Source of the DNA: a virus
DNA length: 29,997 nt
Reading direction: 5' to 3' (one strand)
UHGV virus genome: UHGV-0207024
The translations under genes and the position numbers were made by a program. Shown piece by piece: positions 9,019 through 17,500 of the stretch; position 1 is the first letter of the stretch; each line of letters starts with the position of its first letter. The notes below the pieces were generated by a model. The model ran no database searches. It was given only the letters and a program-made list of their open reading frames with translations, and had not been told where the DNA came from.

Positions 9019-10959
9019 ATGTCACAGACAGTTATCACGCTGGCGTTTGAGAGGTGGAAAACCAGCCAGGCCGTGACGGGGGAACCCGTACTGCTGGATG
9101 AGTTTGTTTTTGCGAATGTGCCAGGGCTTGATCCTGCCCTGCCGATTGACCGCAGCGAGATATTGCCGCCTGTGTCGCAAATTGTTCACCGACAGGCTGT
9201 AAGCCGTAAAGGTGTTGTGAGTGAAAATGCGGTGGTGCATTCCGTTGTTTTGGGTGCAGATGTTGGTGATTTCTCGTTTAACTGGATTGGACTCATTAAC
9301 AAAGCTAGTGGCACGCTGGCTATGATTGTACATGCCCCGGAACAGCAAAAGCTGAAAACAGCGGAAGGACAGCAGGGCAACGTGCTGACGCGCTCATTCC
9401 TAATGGAATACAACGGCGCACAGGCTGAGACAGGAATTAATACGCCTGCGGAAACCTGGCAGATTGATTTCACTGCCCGCATGGCGGGGATTGATGAGCG
9501 TCAGCGCCTGGAAAATATTGATCTTTACGGTGCGGCTGCGTTCTTCGGTGACGGTTATCTGGTAGCGAAAACCGGCAATCAGTTTTTTGTCACCAAAGGC
9601 ACCGGTTATGTTGCCGGATTACGCGCATCACTGGCCGCAAATCAGAATATTACTGTGACAACCAAGCCAGTAAAAATCTGGCTTGATGTGTGCTGGACTG
9701 GGACGCTGACAAGCGCATGGGGCGTTCAGAGCAAGATTACGGTAGCTGCAAATCTGGCTGATTATGTACAAAATGGCGTACAGCATTACGTATTTGCAGT
9801 GGCTTCTATTGATGCGAATGGTGTTATTACAGATTTGCGGCCAAAAGGTACACTGAACGAACAACAGGCCAGCAATGCGCTGAAAGAACACGAAAAATCA
9901 CGCAATCACCCGGACGCGACAACCAGCGAAAAGGGATTTGTGAGATTAAGCAATGCGATGGATAGTGACTCCGAAGTGCTGGCTGCAACACCGAAAGCGG
10001 TAAAAGCGGTAAATAAAGAATTAACTCAGTTGAAGGAAGAACTAGGCACCGCCGCATTTAAAAACATTGTCACATCAACGACAGATACTACAGCTGGACG
10101 TACTCCCGTTGTTGGTTGGCAGGGAATAGGTGGTGATGCGATAGCCAATCAGAATCTGGGTGCTATTAACGCAACGGGGATAATTGCAGGAACTACCGGT
10201 TCCCCTGTCGCTACCGTCACATATATGGGAATTAACATCAGACACTCCACGACATATCAGTTTACGCTTGTCGGGAGGTCTAAACGGTATTTTGCGCAGA
10301 CGTGGGAGGCTGGTGTTGCTCAGGGATGGGACGAGTTCTATACAACAGCTAATAAACCAAAAGCATCAGATGTTGATGCTGTATCTGCAACTAATGGCGG
10401 CGTTTTTAATAAAACAGTCAGATTTAATGATGGGCTTACTATCAGAGGGAGCAAAGTCGGCGATGCCGGAATGGTCGGTATATCTCCGGGCTCTGATGCT
10501 GCCAGTTTTGATGGCGCGAATTTGTTATTACAAAGCTGGTATGGAATAGGCTTTTATAGTTCTTTTCCTGCTGATGCGCCACGCGGCATCATGGGTTATA
10601 TAGATGTCCGTATGGGGCGACTGGCAATGAAAGAACAAGTCATTCCAGGCAATTATACGAACTTTGATGCGCGTTACCAGGCAAAAGGCAGTTATGCCCC
10701 TGCTGGTCAGGCTTATACAAAATCGGAAAGCGATGGCAGGTATTACACAAAATCGCAGTCTGATGCACGCTATTTGCAGGGGATTCGCGTAAGTGCAACG
10801 CAAGTCAGGGAATTCCGTGACGGCGGCGGATATTCATCGAATGACGCGGCATTTGCAACCGCAATCGCTATGGTAGGTGGAAGTTCAAACGTTGGTTCTT
10901 TGCTTGTCAGGTATCTCCAGCGGAATATTAATGGCACCTGGGTAAATGTAGCTACGTAA
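9019..10959 (+). CDS. H: tail fibre protein (P2 gpH homologue)
   Basis: Internal block EHEKSRNHPDATTSEKGFVRLSNAMDSDSEVLAATPKAVKAV closely matches P2 gpH EHEQSRRHPDASLTAKGF...SETLAATPKAVKA; C-terminus YLQRNINGTWVNVAT matches P2 IQKYINGTWYNVAQV; repeated Y-TKS-SD-RY motifs. Confidence 0.9.
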   Translation: MSQTVITLAFERWKTSQAVTGEPVLLDEFVFANVPGLDPALPIDRSEILPPVSQIVHRQAVSRKGVVSENAVVHSVVLGADVGDFSFNWIGLINKASGTLAMIVHAPEQQKLKTAEGQQGNVLTRSFLMEYNGAQAETGINTPAETWQIDFTARMAGIDERQRLENIDLYGAAAFFGDGYLVAKTGNQFFVTKGTGYVAGLRASLAANQNITVTTKPVKIWLDVCWTGTLTSAWGVQSKITVAANLADYVQNGVQHYVFAVASIDANGVITDLRPKGTLNEQQASNALKEHEKSRNHPDATTSEKGFVRLSNAMDSDSEVLAATPKAVKAVNKELTQLKEELGTAAFKNIVTSTTDTTAGRTPVVGWQGIGGDAIANQNLGAINATGIIAGTTGSPVATVTYMGINIRHSTTYQFTLVGRSKRYFAQTWEAGVAQGWDEFYTTANKPKASDVDAVSATNGGVFNKTVRFNDGLTIRGSKVGDAGMVGISPGSDAASFDGANLLLQSWYGIGFYSSFPADAPRGIMGYIDVRMGRLAMKEQVIPGNYTNFDARYQAKGSYAPAGQAYTKSESDGRYYTKSQSDARYLQGIRVSATQVREFRDGGGYSSNDAAFATAIAMVGGSSNVGSLLVRYLQRNINGTWVNVAT

Positions 10960-10972
10960 TCAGGGAAATAAA

Positions 10973-11515
10973 ATGCAGCATCTTAAAAATTTAAAAAAAT
11001 ATACTCCAGACGACGCATATAATTTGTTCTTAATGGATGAGCATGGCGCAGAGTTTTTTATCTCTGACGATGGTCGGGACTGGTACGAATCACAAGCCGC
11101 TTTTCTTCCAGATACATTGAAAGTGGCATATGATGAGGCGGGAATTATTCGTTGTATCAGCAATGATGTGACAGCTATTTATCCGCGAGATTTTAGCATC
11201 GTGGAAGTTAAAGCCACGGTAAAAAATAAAATGGCGGATATTTCAGGGGAATGGGTATTTAAAGACGGAAAAATCCAGCAGCGCCAGTATTCGCAAAATG
11301 AGCTAATCGAACAGGCGGAGGCAAAGAAAGCTGAGTTATTGTCAGCCGCCGCAGCAGCAATCGCGCCGTTGCAAGATGCGGTAGATATTGGTGAGGCAAC
11401 AGAAGAAGAGTCCGCGCTTTTACTTGAGTGGAAAAAGTACCGGGTTCTGCTTAATCGTATTAAGCCAGCCGATGCGCCAGATATTTACTGGCCGGAGGTG
11501 CCTGATGTGGCGTGA
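10973..11515 (+). CDS. tail fibre assembly protein (P2 gpG / lambda Tfa family)
   Basis: C-terminal signature EWKKYRVLLNRIKPADAPDIYWPEVP is typical of Tfa chaperones; directly downstream of H. Confidence 0.85.
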   Translation: MQHLKNLKKYTPDDAYNLFLMDEHGAEFFISDDGRDWYESQAAFLPDTLKVAYDEAGIIRCISNDVTAIYPRDFSIVEVKATVKNKMADISGEWVFKDGKIQQRQYSQNELIEQAEAKKAELLSAAAAAIAPLQDAVDIGEATEEESALLLEWKKYRVLLNRIKPADAPDIYWPEVPDVA

Positions 11516-12230
11516 AGCGCGTCTGGCTTTCACTGATTCTCTGGCCGCGCTGAATTGCTCCATCGTTCCGGCGCATCCGTGGGTTTATGGACTGGGTCAA
11601 GTAACTGAAAGCGGGGCATATTTGAGTCCCGTTAACGCAGTATCTTACCTTGCTGAAAAACTGGCCGGAACTGGTGGTGTGGCTGATGTAGTGATCTTCA
11701 TGGTAACCGGGCAGACACATGAAAATTTCATGGCCAGTCTTGGTGGCCTGGTAGATGTATTTCCCGCCCCGGCATTCACACAGGTAAAGAGGCTGGCGCA
11801 ATCGGCGGCGGAGCTGGCTGTTGAAAAAATGCAGATCCCGGCAAAATCAACTGCGGGTTTACCTGCACCCGTTCCGTTGTCTGTTCTTACCAGCAGGATG
11901 GCGTTATCAGCTGCTGCAATCAGTGCGGCGCAACAGGCGGCTGGTGCCGGATTTGATATAAGTGAATTAAAGCAACAACTGGGAGAGTTCACGCAGCTGC
12001 GAGACAAACTGATCGGTGATGTGGCCAGCGGACTGAATGAATTGCAGGGAAAAAGTGCCAGAGCGTGGGTTTTTACAGCCAGTGGAGACACCGCCACCAC
12101 GTTGCTGGAACTGGTAAAAGGGATTCCGCAGCAGTCCGCTGTTTACACGGCGGCGATGATGCTGGTTGGCGATAATCTTGATGGAATAAAGGGAATGATT
12201 CATGACTTCGATCCCAACACTGGCGCTTAA
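11505..12230 (+). CDS. hypothetical tail-module protein (242 aa; Ala-rich)
   Basis: ATG at 11505 preceded by GGAGG at 11494-11498 and overlapping the tfa stop. This start is preferred over the in-frame ORF start at 11388, which lies inside the tfa gene. No recognisable motifs. Confidence 0.45.
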   Translation: MWREARLAFTDSLAALNCSIVPAHPWVYGLGQVTESGAYLSPVNAVSYLAEKLAGTGGVADVVIFMVTGQTHENFMASLGGLVDVFPAPAFTQVKRLAQSAAELAVEKMQIPAKSTAGLPAPVPLSVLTSRMALSAAAISAAQQAAGAGFDISELKQQLGEFTQLRDKLIGDVASGLNELQGKSARAWVFTASGDTATTLLELVKGIPQQSAVYTAAMMLVGDNLDGIKGMIHDFDPNTGA

Positions 12231-12747
12231 CGGTGAGGCGATACAGCTAAAAAATATGCGCGTGACTGTTTCACAGCAGTTTCAGGACAAAGACCAGTCC
12301 GGCCAGACCAGCGCGACGTCCAAATCAGAGCAGGGCGCAAAGGGTAAAGAGCTGCGCATTAGTGGAGAGATCCCCTTTAAAAACCCGGAGATCCTTAAAC
12401 GCATCTTTGAGCTGGCCAGCGCCACAGACAGCGGCGGTAAGCGCCAGAAATACCGCGTTGCGCATGAGGTTGCCAGGGCGGTGAATTTTCGTGAAGCCAC
12501 ATTTACAGGCACGCTTGATGCCCCGCAGCAGGATGGGAAAATGGCCTGGCTGGTGACATTCACGCTGGCGGAACATATCAGCGTGCAGGAAAAGCGGGAA
12601 GCGAGGGCGACGGGCAAAACAACGGCGAAAAAACAGACTGCCGGAAGCGCCGGGAAGTCAGGCGGTCAGAATGCCGGTGAGGATGAAGAAAAACTGACGT
12701 GGTTTGAGCGTAAAGTGCTGAAGCCCGTAAATGATGCGCTGGGGTAA
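12202..12747 (+). CDS. putative tail tube initiator / P2 gpU-like protein (181 aa)
   Basis: Good RBS (AAAGGGAA); N-terminal segment LRISGEIPFKNPEILKRIFELASATDSGG loosely resembles gpU ITLSGVLYPELTGGG...LAVELMAEEG; Lys/Gln-rich disordered C-terminus; positioned before the hub-spike gene. Confidence 0.35.
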   Translation: MTSIPTLALNGEAIQLKNMRVTVSQQFQDKDQSGQTSATSKSEQGAKGKELRISGEIPFKNPEILKRIFELASATDSGGKRQKYRVAHEVARAVNFREATFTGTLDAPQQDGKMAWLVTFTLAEHISVQEKREARATGKTTAKKQTAGSAGKSGGQNAGEDEEKLTWFERKVLKPVNDALG

Positions 12748-14450
12748 TGATGAAACCAGTAAAACGCCTTTACCTTTCAACGGATGAAGTGCATCTGACG
12801 GATGCAAGTCTGGTTCTGGAGTTGAGCAGTTGCGGACGAGGTTTTATTACTGCTGAGACGACAAACGATTACACAGGGAAACTGGTGCGGCTGGATGTGG
12901 GGTATTCCGATCTGCTTTTGCGCTGGTTTACCGGCTATGTGGAACGCTCACAACCTGCCGAAAATGGTTTTCAGCGTCTGTTTGTACGCGAGCTGGTCGG
13001 CATATTTGAGAGAATGTGGCCATGTTCGTTTCAGCACCCAACTTTACGCCAGATCGCCAGCTGGCTGGAGGAAAACAGCGGAATTGCTGTCAGCGTGTCG
13101 GATGCCCTTTACAGCGATAAGCCGATCCCGCACTTCACCCATAACGGCACGGGCTATCAGCTGCTGAATAATCTGGGTAGGGCGTTCAGTATCCCGGATT
13201 ACATCTGGTATCAGTTGCCTGATGGTTCCCTGTATGTGGGCGGCGCGGAAAAAGCGATGTTTGCTGATCGCCCGGTAGATATCCCGGCAGAGTTCAGTCA
13301 GGGGGCTGCGGGCGGTAATTCCATGACGCTGCCAGTGATCCAGAGTCTGCGTCCGGGTGTGGAGCTGAACGGGGAACGCGTGACCAAAGTTCATCTGACA
13401 AATGACACAATGGCCATCACCTGGACACCCAGAAACCGCGCAACAGGTCAGCCATTACAGAAAACACCGGCACAGCGTCAGATTGAAAGCCATTACCCGG
13501 AACTGGCTTCCGGGCTGCATCTGCCAAAACAGGCCAGAGTGGTGGCACACAGTGAAGCCGTGAAAAGCGGTAATTTTGCCGATCCGTTCCGGCCGCGCTA
13601 TGCCGTGGATGTGCAACTGCTTGACGCAGACGGAAACCCGGACAACAAGACGCCGGTTTATTCTGCTGTGCCGCTGCCGGTTCCTATGGCCGGTAATGAT
13701 TCGGGCATGTTTCAGTTTCCGCCTGAAGGGACGCTGGTTGAAGTGGCATTTACTGGCGGGAGGCCGGATAAGCCTTTCATCCGGCAGACGCTACCGGATG
13801 GAACCAGTTTGCCCGATGTTAAGCCTGGCGAACAATTACAGCAGCAGCGCGAGGAAGTGTCACAGCGGGTTACTCAGGCTGGCGACTGGGTACGGCAGAC
13901 CGATCAGACTATCAGTGAAAAATCGATGGTGCGAAGCGTTAAAGCTGATACAGAACAGCGCGAACTGGTCAGCCGTGAAACCACGGTAAAGGCCACGGAT
14001 AAAACCACGGTACTGGGAACCGCCACGCTGCTGGCTGGGGCTATCCAGCAGGTAAGCGCCGGTGATTACAGCCAGGCAGTAAAAGGTAACAGGCTGGCCA
14101 GTATTGAAGGGAACGAAGAAACGGACATAACAGGACGGCAGTCCACCAAAGTGGGCGGAGCCGTGGATATTGAAGTGGGGGAATCCCTGACAGAAAAAAT
14201 TGCCGCACTGCGTAAATCTGTAGCCGCTGGCGGTCAGCAGGTTATGGGGGCAACCGTTCATATTGGCAGTGAGAGTATCAACGCCCTGACCATGATGCTG
14301 GACACCATTGATTTACTGGCAGAACTGGCGCAGCAATGTGCGAGCCATTCGCACCCCAGTGTTGGTACGCCAACCAATGCCGGAGCATTTACCCAGACGG
14401 CAGCGAAAGCCGGACAGACCCGCAGCAAATATCAGAGCATAATCGCCTGA
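12747..14450 (+). CDS. baseplate hub-spike fusion protein (gp27/gpD-like N-terminal region + gp5/P2 gpV-like OB-fold and apex)
   Basis: Motif PPEGTLVEVAFTGGRPDKPFI matches the gpV/VgrG OB-fold signature (P..G..V.V.F..GD...P.V); C-terminal SHSHPSVGTP resembles the His-rich metal-binding spike apex; last gene of the tail operon, followed by a terminator. Confidence 0.55.
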   Translation: MMKPVKRLYLSTDEVHLTDASLVLELSSCGRGFITAETTNDYTGKLVRLDVGYSDLLLRWFTGYVERSQPAENGFQRLFVRELVGIFERMWPCSFQHPTLRQIASWLEENSGIAVSVSDALYSDKPIPHFTHNGTGYQLLNNLGRAFSIPDYIWYQLPDGSLYVGGAEKAMFADRPVDIPAEFSQGAAGGNSMTLPVIQSLRPGVELNGERVTKVHLTNDTMAITWTPRNRATGQPLQKTPAQRQIESHYPELASGLHLPKQARVVAHSEAVKSGNFADPFRPRYAVDVQLLDADGNPDNKTPVYSAVPLPVPMAGNDSGMFQFPPEGTLVEVAFTGGRPDKPFIRQTLPDGTSLPDVKPGEQLQQQREEVSQRVTQAGDWVRQTDQTISEKSMVRSVKADTEQRELVSRETTVKATDKTTVLGTATLLAGAIQQVSAGDYSQAVKGNRLASIEGNEETDITGRQSTKVGGAVDIEVGESLTEKIAALRKSVAAGGQQVMGATVHIGSESINALTMMLDTIDLLAELAQQCASHSHPSVGTPTNAGAFTQTAAKAGQTRSKYQSIIA

Positions 14451-14461
14451 CCATCCCCATC

Positions 14462-14488
14462 AGCCCGCGCATATTGCGGGCTTTTTTT
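14462..14488 (+). terminator. rho-independent terminator ending the late tail operon
   Basis: Hairpin AGCCCGC-gcatatt-GCGGGCT followed by TTTTTTT. Confidence 0.7.
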
Positions 14489-14894
14489 GTACTCACTCTC
14501 AGGCTTCACCAGACGCATTCTAAGCGCCTCTTTTATCTGACCACTACCGCGCAACACCGTAAAAGGATCTGTGCTGTCACGTTACGCTGGCGGCGCTACA
14601 CGCTGACAAAATAAATCTTTCGCAGACAAAAACGGCACTACACCGCACCCGCCTGCGGTTTTTGGATCGTAGAAATTTTTCAGTTTTATTTTTCTTCAAA
14701 TCAGACCGCCAGACCGCGCCAGCGCTGGCGGATTGCGGGAAACACTAAACTGAAAACGTTGAAAAGAATTTCACTTTTTTTCAGTAAAAAGGATCTGTAG
14801 TGGATCTGATGAAATTGTTAACTTACAGATAAATAAGGGAAAAATAAATTTTATGTGGCTTTTGGGGATCTAATTACTCCGTGTGCTATAGACA

Positions 14895-14929
14895 GCAAAA
14901 AGCCCGCGATTCTAGGAATGGCGCGGGCT
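14895..14929 (-). terminator. rho-independent terminator downstream of the cargo gene (minus strand)
   Basis: On the minus strand: AGCCCGCG-ccattcctagaat-CGCGGGCT followed by TTTTT. Confidence 0.6.
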
Positions 14930-14970
14930 ACGGTGTTCAGTTTGCAATTTTTAAAACTGAAAAACAGCGG

Positions 14971-15468
14971 TTAAAGTTTTCCTTCCGAAATATTGAAATC
15001 CACGACTTCTTTGGTTTTCAGATCCAGTGTACAGGCATAGGTCATGTTCATTTTTGCGTTGAAGCCGTTTGTAAATTTGACCTTATCACCGATGAAGGTT
15101 AACTGGTTCTTTTTGCTGTCAATCCTGCCATGAGAAAACATTGGATCTAACATTCCGTCAGTCCATTCAAATTCATACTTCGCGGAACGCTCAACCAATG
15201 GTTTGCATTTGGTCACAGCATCTACCAGGTTCTTATCGAAGTTGCATTGGGTGTCAGTGTTAGAACATACCTTTGGAGTTTCAGCTGCTTTTTCATCGTC
15301 ACCACTACCAACGAAATACATGATTATTCCCACAATAATAATCAGTATCAGACAGCCGCTAAGTTTCTGCTTAGCACCAAAGCCTGGATCTTTTACGCCA
15401 CAGTGTGGGCAAGTCTTTGCAGAGGTTGATACTTCTTTTTTACATTCTTTGCATTTAGTGAGTGCCAT
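14971..15468 (-). CDS. moron/cargo protein: N-terminal zinc ribbon (CxxC-x13-CxxC), single TM helix, Cys-containing extracytoplasmic domain (165 aa)
   Basis: Translation MALTKCKECKK...CPHCG; TM LSGCLILIIIVGIIMYFVG; strong RBS (AAGGAA then 5 nt spacer); locally AT-rich compared with flanks; bracketed by its own terminators; sits between the tail operon and attP. Confidence 0.7.
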   Translation of the reverse strand: MALTKCKECKKEVSTSAKTCPHCGVKDPGFGAKQKLSGCLILIIIVGIIMYFVGSGDDEKAAETPKVCSNTDTQCNFDKNLVDAVTKCKPLVERSAKYEFEWTDGMLDPMFSHGRIDSKKNQLTFIGDKVKFTNGFNAKMNMTYACTLDLKTKEVVDFNISEGKL

Positions 15469-15555
15469 GACGATTCCTTTTTGCTGTGCAATGTAGCTAT
15501 CAGCGACCCAGTATTGGCTACATGGGGGGACGAAAAGGGGACACTGGGCACTGAT

Positions 15556-15585
15556 ATGAAAAAGCCACTTAGCGAATAAGTGGCT
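15556..15585 (-). terminator. terminator on the minus strand downstream of int/attP, insulating the cargo gene
   Basis: Perfect 9-bp stem AGCCACTTA-gcgaa-TAAGTGGCT followed on the minus strand by TTTTTCA. Confidence 0.5.
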
Positions 15586-15612
15586 TAATTATATGATTTT
15601 AAAGTTAAAATT

Positions 15613-15657
15613 TGGTGGCCCCTGCTGGACTTGAACCAGCGACCAAGCGATTATGAG
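15613..15657 (-). other. attP core: 3'-terminal 45 nt of a tRNA-Ile2 (ileX/ileY-type, CAU anticodon gene) including CCA; partial tRNA, no 5' half
   Basis: The minus-strand sequence CTCATAATCGCTTGGTCGCTGGTTCAAGTCCAGCAGGGGCCACCA matches the 3' part of enterobacterial tRNA-Ile2 as I recall it. Upstream sequence diverges (no GGCCCCT acceptor 5' strand). Lies 74 bp from the int stop. Confidence 0.7.
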
Positions 15658-15730
15658 AACGATGTACCATCATTTAAAAACAATAAGTTACAGATAAATC
15701 AGAAAGTTACACAACGAATATTATTGAATG

Positions 15731-16792
15731 TTATTGGATGTTTGAGTTCTGAGGGGACAGAAAAGGGGCATTTTGTCCCAAAGGGTTTAGCGTTATAGCT
15801 TCCTGCAAATGGCTTGGAGCGAAATGCGCGTAACGCATGGTCATTTTAATGTCAGTGTGTCCCAGTATCTCTTTTAAAACCAGAATGTTCCCGCCGTTCA
15901 TCATAAAGTGACTGGCGAAAGTGTGTCGTAACACATGTGACAATTGGCCATCAGGTAAGTCGAGTTCCGCACGCTCTACTGCTTTGCGAAAGGCCGAATA
16001 GCAGGGCGTAAAAAAACGCCCTGGTTTTTCTGGTTTCGGCAAAGCGTCATAAAAGTCCTGGCTGATTGGAACAGTTCTGTTCCTGTTCCCTTTAGTTTTA
16101 AAAAAGCTGACTTTTAGGTTTCTGATTTGCTTAGTCGTTAATGATTCTGCTTCATCCCAGCGAGCGCCGGTTATCAGGCATAAACATGCAACCCAGTAAG
16201 TGCTGGCGTTTCGACTTTTCGAACATTCGGATAACAATCGTTCGATTTCATCATGTTCCAAATAAGCCAGTTCAGCTTCCTCAGACTTAAAGGGGCGAAC
16301 GTTAGACAGGGGGTTTTCAGATTTCCAATGTCCTAAGCGCTTAAGCTCATTAAACACGGCACGAAAATAGGCCAGTTCTAAATTCATGGTTCTGGGCGCG
16401 ACTTGTTTTACACGCGCTGTTCTGGATATTTCACCGGATAAACGTTTTTTGCGATAAAGCGAAAACATTGTGGCATCAAATTCATGCGCCAGCGGATCAC
16501 CCATGCTTTGACACGCAAATTCCATTGCGCCTTTACGTTTTTCGCCATCGTCAAGCGTCACACCATGTTCATCGAACCATTGGTTTACTAAGTCGCGTAG
16601 CTTTCTCCGATCCTCTTTACCGTCAAGCCAGGGCTTTACATGGACGTTTTCCATAATGTGATTTTGGTAGGCTAGCGCCTCGCCTTTGGTGGAGAACGTC
16701 CTGCGGATGCGTTTGCTGGCTTTTCCCTGGGGTTTTCCTTCCGGGTAAAAGTCCAGCAACCATTTCCCGTCCGGCTGTTTTCTGATACCCAT
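15731..16792 (-). CDS. int: tyrosine integrase (P2/186 Int family)
   Basis: C-terminal catalytic region HVLRHTFASHFMMNGGNILVLKEILGHTDIKMTMRYAHFAPSHLQEAITLNPL closely parallels P2 Int; adjacent to attP. Confidence 0.95.
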   Translation of the reverse strand: MGIRKQPDGKWLLDFYPEGKPQGKASKRIRRTFSTKGEALAYQNHIMENVHVKPWLDGKEDRRKLRDLVNQWFDEHGVTLDDGEKRKGAMEFACQSMGDPLAHEFDATMFSLYRKKRLSGEISRTARVKQVAPRTMNLELAYFRAVFNELKRLGHWKSENPLSNVRPFKSEEAELAYLEHDEIERLLSECSKSRNASTYWVACLCLITGARWDEAESLTTKQIRNLKVSFFKTKGNRNRTVPISQDFYDALPKPEKPGRFFTPCYSAFRKAVERAELDLPDGQLSHVLRHTFASHFMMNGGNILVLKEILGHTDIKMTMRYAHFAPSHLQEAITLNPLGQNAPFLSPQNSNIQ

Positions 16793-17379
16793 TATGCGTT
16801 TGTTATCGTCATGACCACGCGGCCGATAATTTCGATATCTTCCAGTCCACAGTCAAAAGCCATGCCGACACCACTGACGCGCACCTTTTTTACCGGGATG
16901 CGTGTTAGCGTTCTGATGCCGGTTTTTCCTTCGATATTCACCAACCATTCGCCATCAAAAACCTCGGAAAATTTCTGGTCTAGGATGTACTGCGCTTTTT
17001 CATCTAGCACGCAGAAAGGTGCTGTGGGGAGTGGTGCTCCTGCCCTGAAAAAAACTTTATCGAACATAGCGTAACCAGAGTCATAGAGCTGGCCATCAAC
17101 TAGTTTTTTACGAGGAAATTTCATGATGTCTAACTGATCATCATCGAATTTCTTCCCCTGGCCAGTAGATAGCCACTCAAGAGACGCCCCGGTTTCTGCT
17201 ACGCAGCGAACTACCATATCAGCCGGGAATATTCCCCGTTTAAATCTTGCGGAAAGGCTACTTGAGGCCATATCGAAATGTTCCGCAAGCTGTAGCTTTG
17301 AAGTGAAGCCGTAAGCCTCTACTACTCGATCAAGCACGTCGCTGCTGTGCCCTATCTGCTCAAAAGGGAATTTGCTCAT
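16792..17379 (-). CDS. cI: CI-type immunity repressor (195 aa; phage 186 CI-like HTH + C-terminal oligomerisation domain)
   Basis: N-terminal motif VLDRVVEAYGFTSKLQLAEHFDMASSSLSARFKRG resembles 186 CI; overlaps the int start (int ATG at 16792-16790); divergent from the apl/cII operon. Confidence 0.7.
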   Translation of the reverse strand: MSKFPFEQIGHSSDVLDRVVEAYGFTSKLQLAEHFDMASSSLSARFKRGIFPADMVVRCVAETGASLEWLSTGQGKKFDDDQLDIMKFPRKKLVDGQLYDSGYAMFDKVFFRAGAPLPTAPFCVLDEKAQYILDQKFSEVFDGEWLVNIEGKTGIRTLTRIPVKKVRVSGVGMAFDCGLEDIEIIGRVVMTITNA

Positions 17380-17389
17380 ATCACCAGCT

Positions 17390-17500
17390 CTCTCGATTAA
17401 ATCGAAATTATGTTGATTTCTCGATTAAGTCGAAGTAGAGTCTCTCCGTGTTGTAGTTTAAATCGAATGTTGTTGAATGTTGCTGCATTCAACCGAATAC
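17390..17500. promoter_or_regulatory. lysis-lysogeny switch region: face-to-face/divergent promoters with repeated operator-like elements
   Basis: Direct repeats TCGATTAAATCGAA (17393-17406), TCGATTAAGTCGAA (17421-17434), TTTAAATCGAAT (17457-17468); GAATGTTG x2; perfect palindrome GTTGAATG-ttgctg-CATTCAAC (17472-17493). Confidence 0.5.

Noticed and set aside
11388-12230. ORF-track start at 11388 giving a 280-aa protein overlapping the tail fibre assembly gene by 128 nt
   Set aside because: The first 39 codons lie inside the tfa gene in another frame and have no RBS. ATG 11505 has a GGAGG Shine-Dalgarno and a classic stop/start overlap with tfa.
11505-14450. The three genes after tfa as a possible anti-phage cargo island in the P2 'Z/fun' hotspot position
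   Set aside because: The last gene carries a clear gpV/gp5 OB-fold signature and a His-rich apex motif. The middle gene has gpU-like features. All are translationally coupled to the tail operon and followed by the operon terminator. They are most simply the baseplate hub and spike components otherwise missing from the tail module.
14881-15102. 73-aa plus-strand ORF and 97-aa ORF (15203-15496) overlapping the cargo gene
   Set aside because: Both are antisense to the well-initiated 165-aa minus-strand gene and have no RBS or independent signals.
15613-15672. Possible complete tRNA gene on the minus strand next to int
   Set aside because: Only the 3' roughly 45 nt (anticodon loop through CCA) match tRNA-Ile2. 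The sequence upstream on the minus strand has no complementary acceptor 5' strand (GGCCCCT) or D-arm. It is an attP core fragment, not a functional tRNA.
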